NCBI GenBank assembly: GCA_026996955.1
Contig: JALWJV010000229.1
Location: 1-15,371, forward strand
Length of the DNA: 15,371 bases
Source: Deltaproteobacteria bacterium
GTDB lineage: Bacteria > Desulfobacterota > Dissulfuribacteria > Dissulfuribacterales > QOAL01
Direction: 5' to 3'
Part shown: positions 14,523 to 15,371 of the stretch, piece after piece
Position numbering within the stretch: the first letter of the stretch is position 1
Layout of the letters: the number at the start of each line of letters is the position of its first letter
The notes under the pieces: model-generated
Told to the model about the DNA's origin: nothing
The model's database searches: none
The model's input: only the letters and a program-made list of their open reading frames with translations
Translations under genes and position numbers: made by a program

Positions 14523-15371
14523 TCATTCCTGTTTCAGAATTGAAATAATCCTCTCCAGTTCCTCCCTTGTATCATATCTTATTTCAAGTTTGCCACCCCG
14601 TTTTCCCTGATTGATCTTTACCGGCGAGCCAATGGCATAGGTAAGCTCTTCGCACAGTGCCACAATGTTCGGGTCAATGCTTCTTTTGTTTTTTTCAGGC
14701 TCATCACCTGATTTTTCAAGTTTTCTTGCAAGTGCCTCTGCCTTTCTTACAGAGAGTTTTTTAGTGATTATGGTGTCCCGCAATTGCTTCTGGAGCTTTG
14801 GGTCTGTTACCATCAGGATTGCCTTGGCATGCCCCATGGTAAACCGCTCCTCCAGCAGGTCTTCACGGGCATAATCTGGAAGCTGAAGCAGCCGCAGAAA
14901 ATTTGCAACTGTTGCCCTGTCACGTCCAACCCTTTTAGCTGCCTCTGCCTGGGTAAGCCCAAAGTCTTCAATCAGGCGCTGGTATGCCATTGCCTCTTCA
15001 AGGGGGTTCAGGTCCTGGCGCTGAATATTTTCAATAAGCGCAATCTCAAGGAGTTCATCAGGGCTTACGTCCTTGATTACAACCGGAACGGTTTTCAGGC
15101 CGGCCTTCTGGGATGCACGCCACCTGCGTTCCCCTGCCACAAGCTCATAGCCCTCACCAGCAGGACGCACCACAAGGGGCTGCAACACACCCTTTTCCCT
15201 GATGGAATCTGCCAGGGCTGCCAGGGCTTCCGGGTCTATCTTCTTGCGGGGCTGCTCCGGGTTTGCCCTTATCTTTTCAATGGGACAAAGAAAAAACCCC
15301 GGGCTTCCAGCCTCATAAATTTCCTCTGACGAAAGCAGGGCGCCAAGTCCCTTACCCAGACCTCCCTTCAT
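14523..15371 (-). CDS. parB: Chromosome partitioning protein ParB (Spo0J family)
   Basis: 282 aa starting MKGGLGKGLGALL, with its ATG on the last three bases of the window. It has the ParB box with the arginine patch (VAGERRWRAS) and a helix-turn-helix (LTQAEAAKRVGRDRATVANFLRLLQL). The upstream region, and parA if present, lie outside the window. Confidence 0.9.
   Translation of the reverse strand: MKGGLGKGLGALLSSEEIYEAGSPGFFLCPIEKIRANPEQPRKKIDPEALAALADSIREKGVLQPLVVRPAGEGYELVAGERRWRASQKAGLKTVPVVIKDVSPDELLEIALIENIQRQDLNPLEEAMAYQRLIEDFGLTQAEAAKRVGRDRATVANFLRLLQLPDYAREDLLEERFTMGHAKAILMVTDPKLQKQLRDTIITKKLSVRKAEALARKLEKSGDEPEKNKRSIDPNIVALCEELTYAIGSPVKINQGKRGGKLEIRYDTREELERIISILKQE

Noticed and set aside
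1-15371. Looked for a parS site (tgtttcacgtgaaaca-like), tRNA T-arm motifs, CRISPR-type spaced direct repeats, and transposase or integrase ORFs
   Set aside because: None was found by eye. A computational scan (tRNAscan-SE, CRISPR finders, Rfam) would be needed to exclude small or degenerate instances.

Overview
This 15.4 kb chromosomal window is mostly core housekeeping genes. By protein similarity and gene order it looks deltaproteobacterial, possibly Desulfobacterales-like, but that is an impression only. On the plus strand are an OmpA-family lipoprotein, rho, rpmE, prfA, prmC, recA and alaS. rpsU and parB lie on the minus strand, and the parB start codon sits exactly at the window edge. 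The one non-housekeeping block is a tightly packed five-gene plus-strand operon (10346-14507) between alaS and parB. It encodes a stressosome-type module: an RsbR-like protein with a Cys-rich PAS domain plus STAS, an RsbS-like STAS protein, and an RsbT-like kinase. Two unusual partners follow. One is a second RsbT-like kinase domain fused to a PP2C/SpoIIE phosphatase. The other is a histidine-kinase-like protein with a degenerate RsbT-like N-terminal domain and Asp in place of the phospho-accepting His. No RsbU, RsbV, RsbW, sigma factor or response regulator gene is present in the window. This operon is my best candidate for an undescribed signalling system. Separately, a 200 bp repeat with terminal inverted repeats and no coding capacity occurs as two full copies in opposite orientation (901-1100 and 4674-4873), bracketing rho-rpmE-prfA, plus one solo end (3079-3107). 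I found no tRNA, rRNA, CRISPR array, transposase or integrase. All calls come from reading the sequence and ORF translations; no database search was run.
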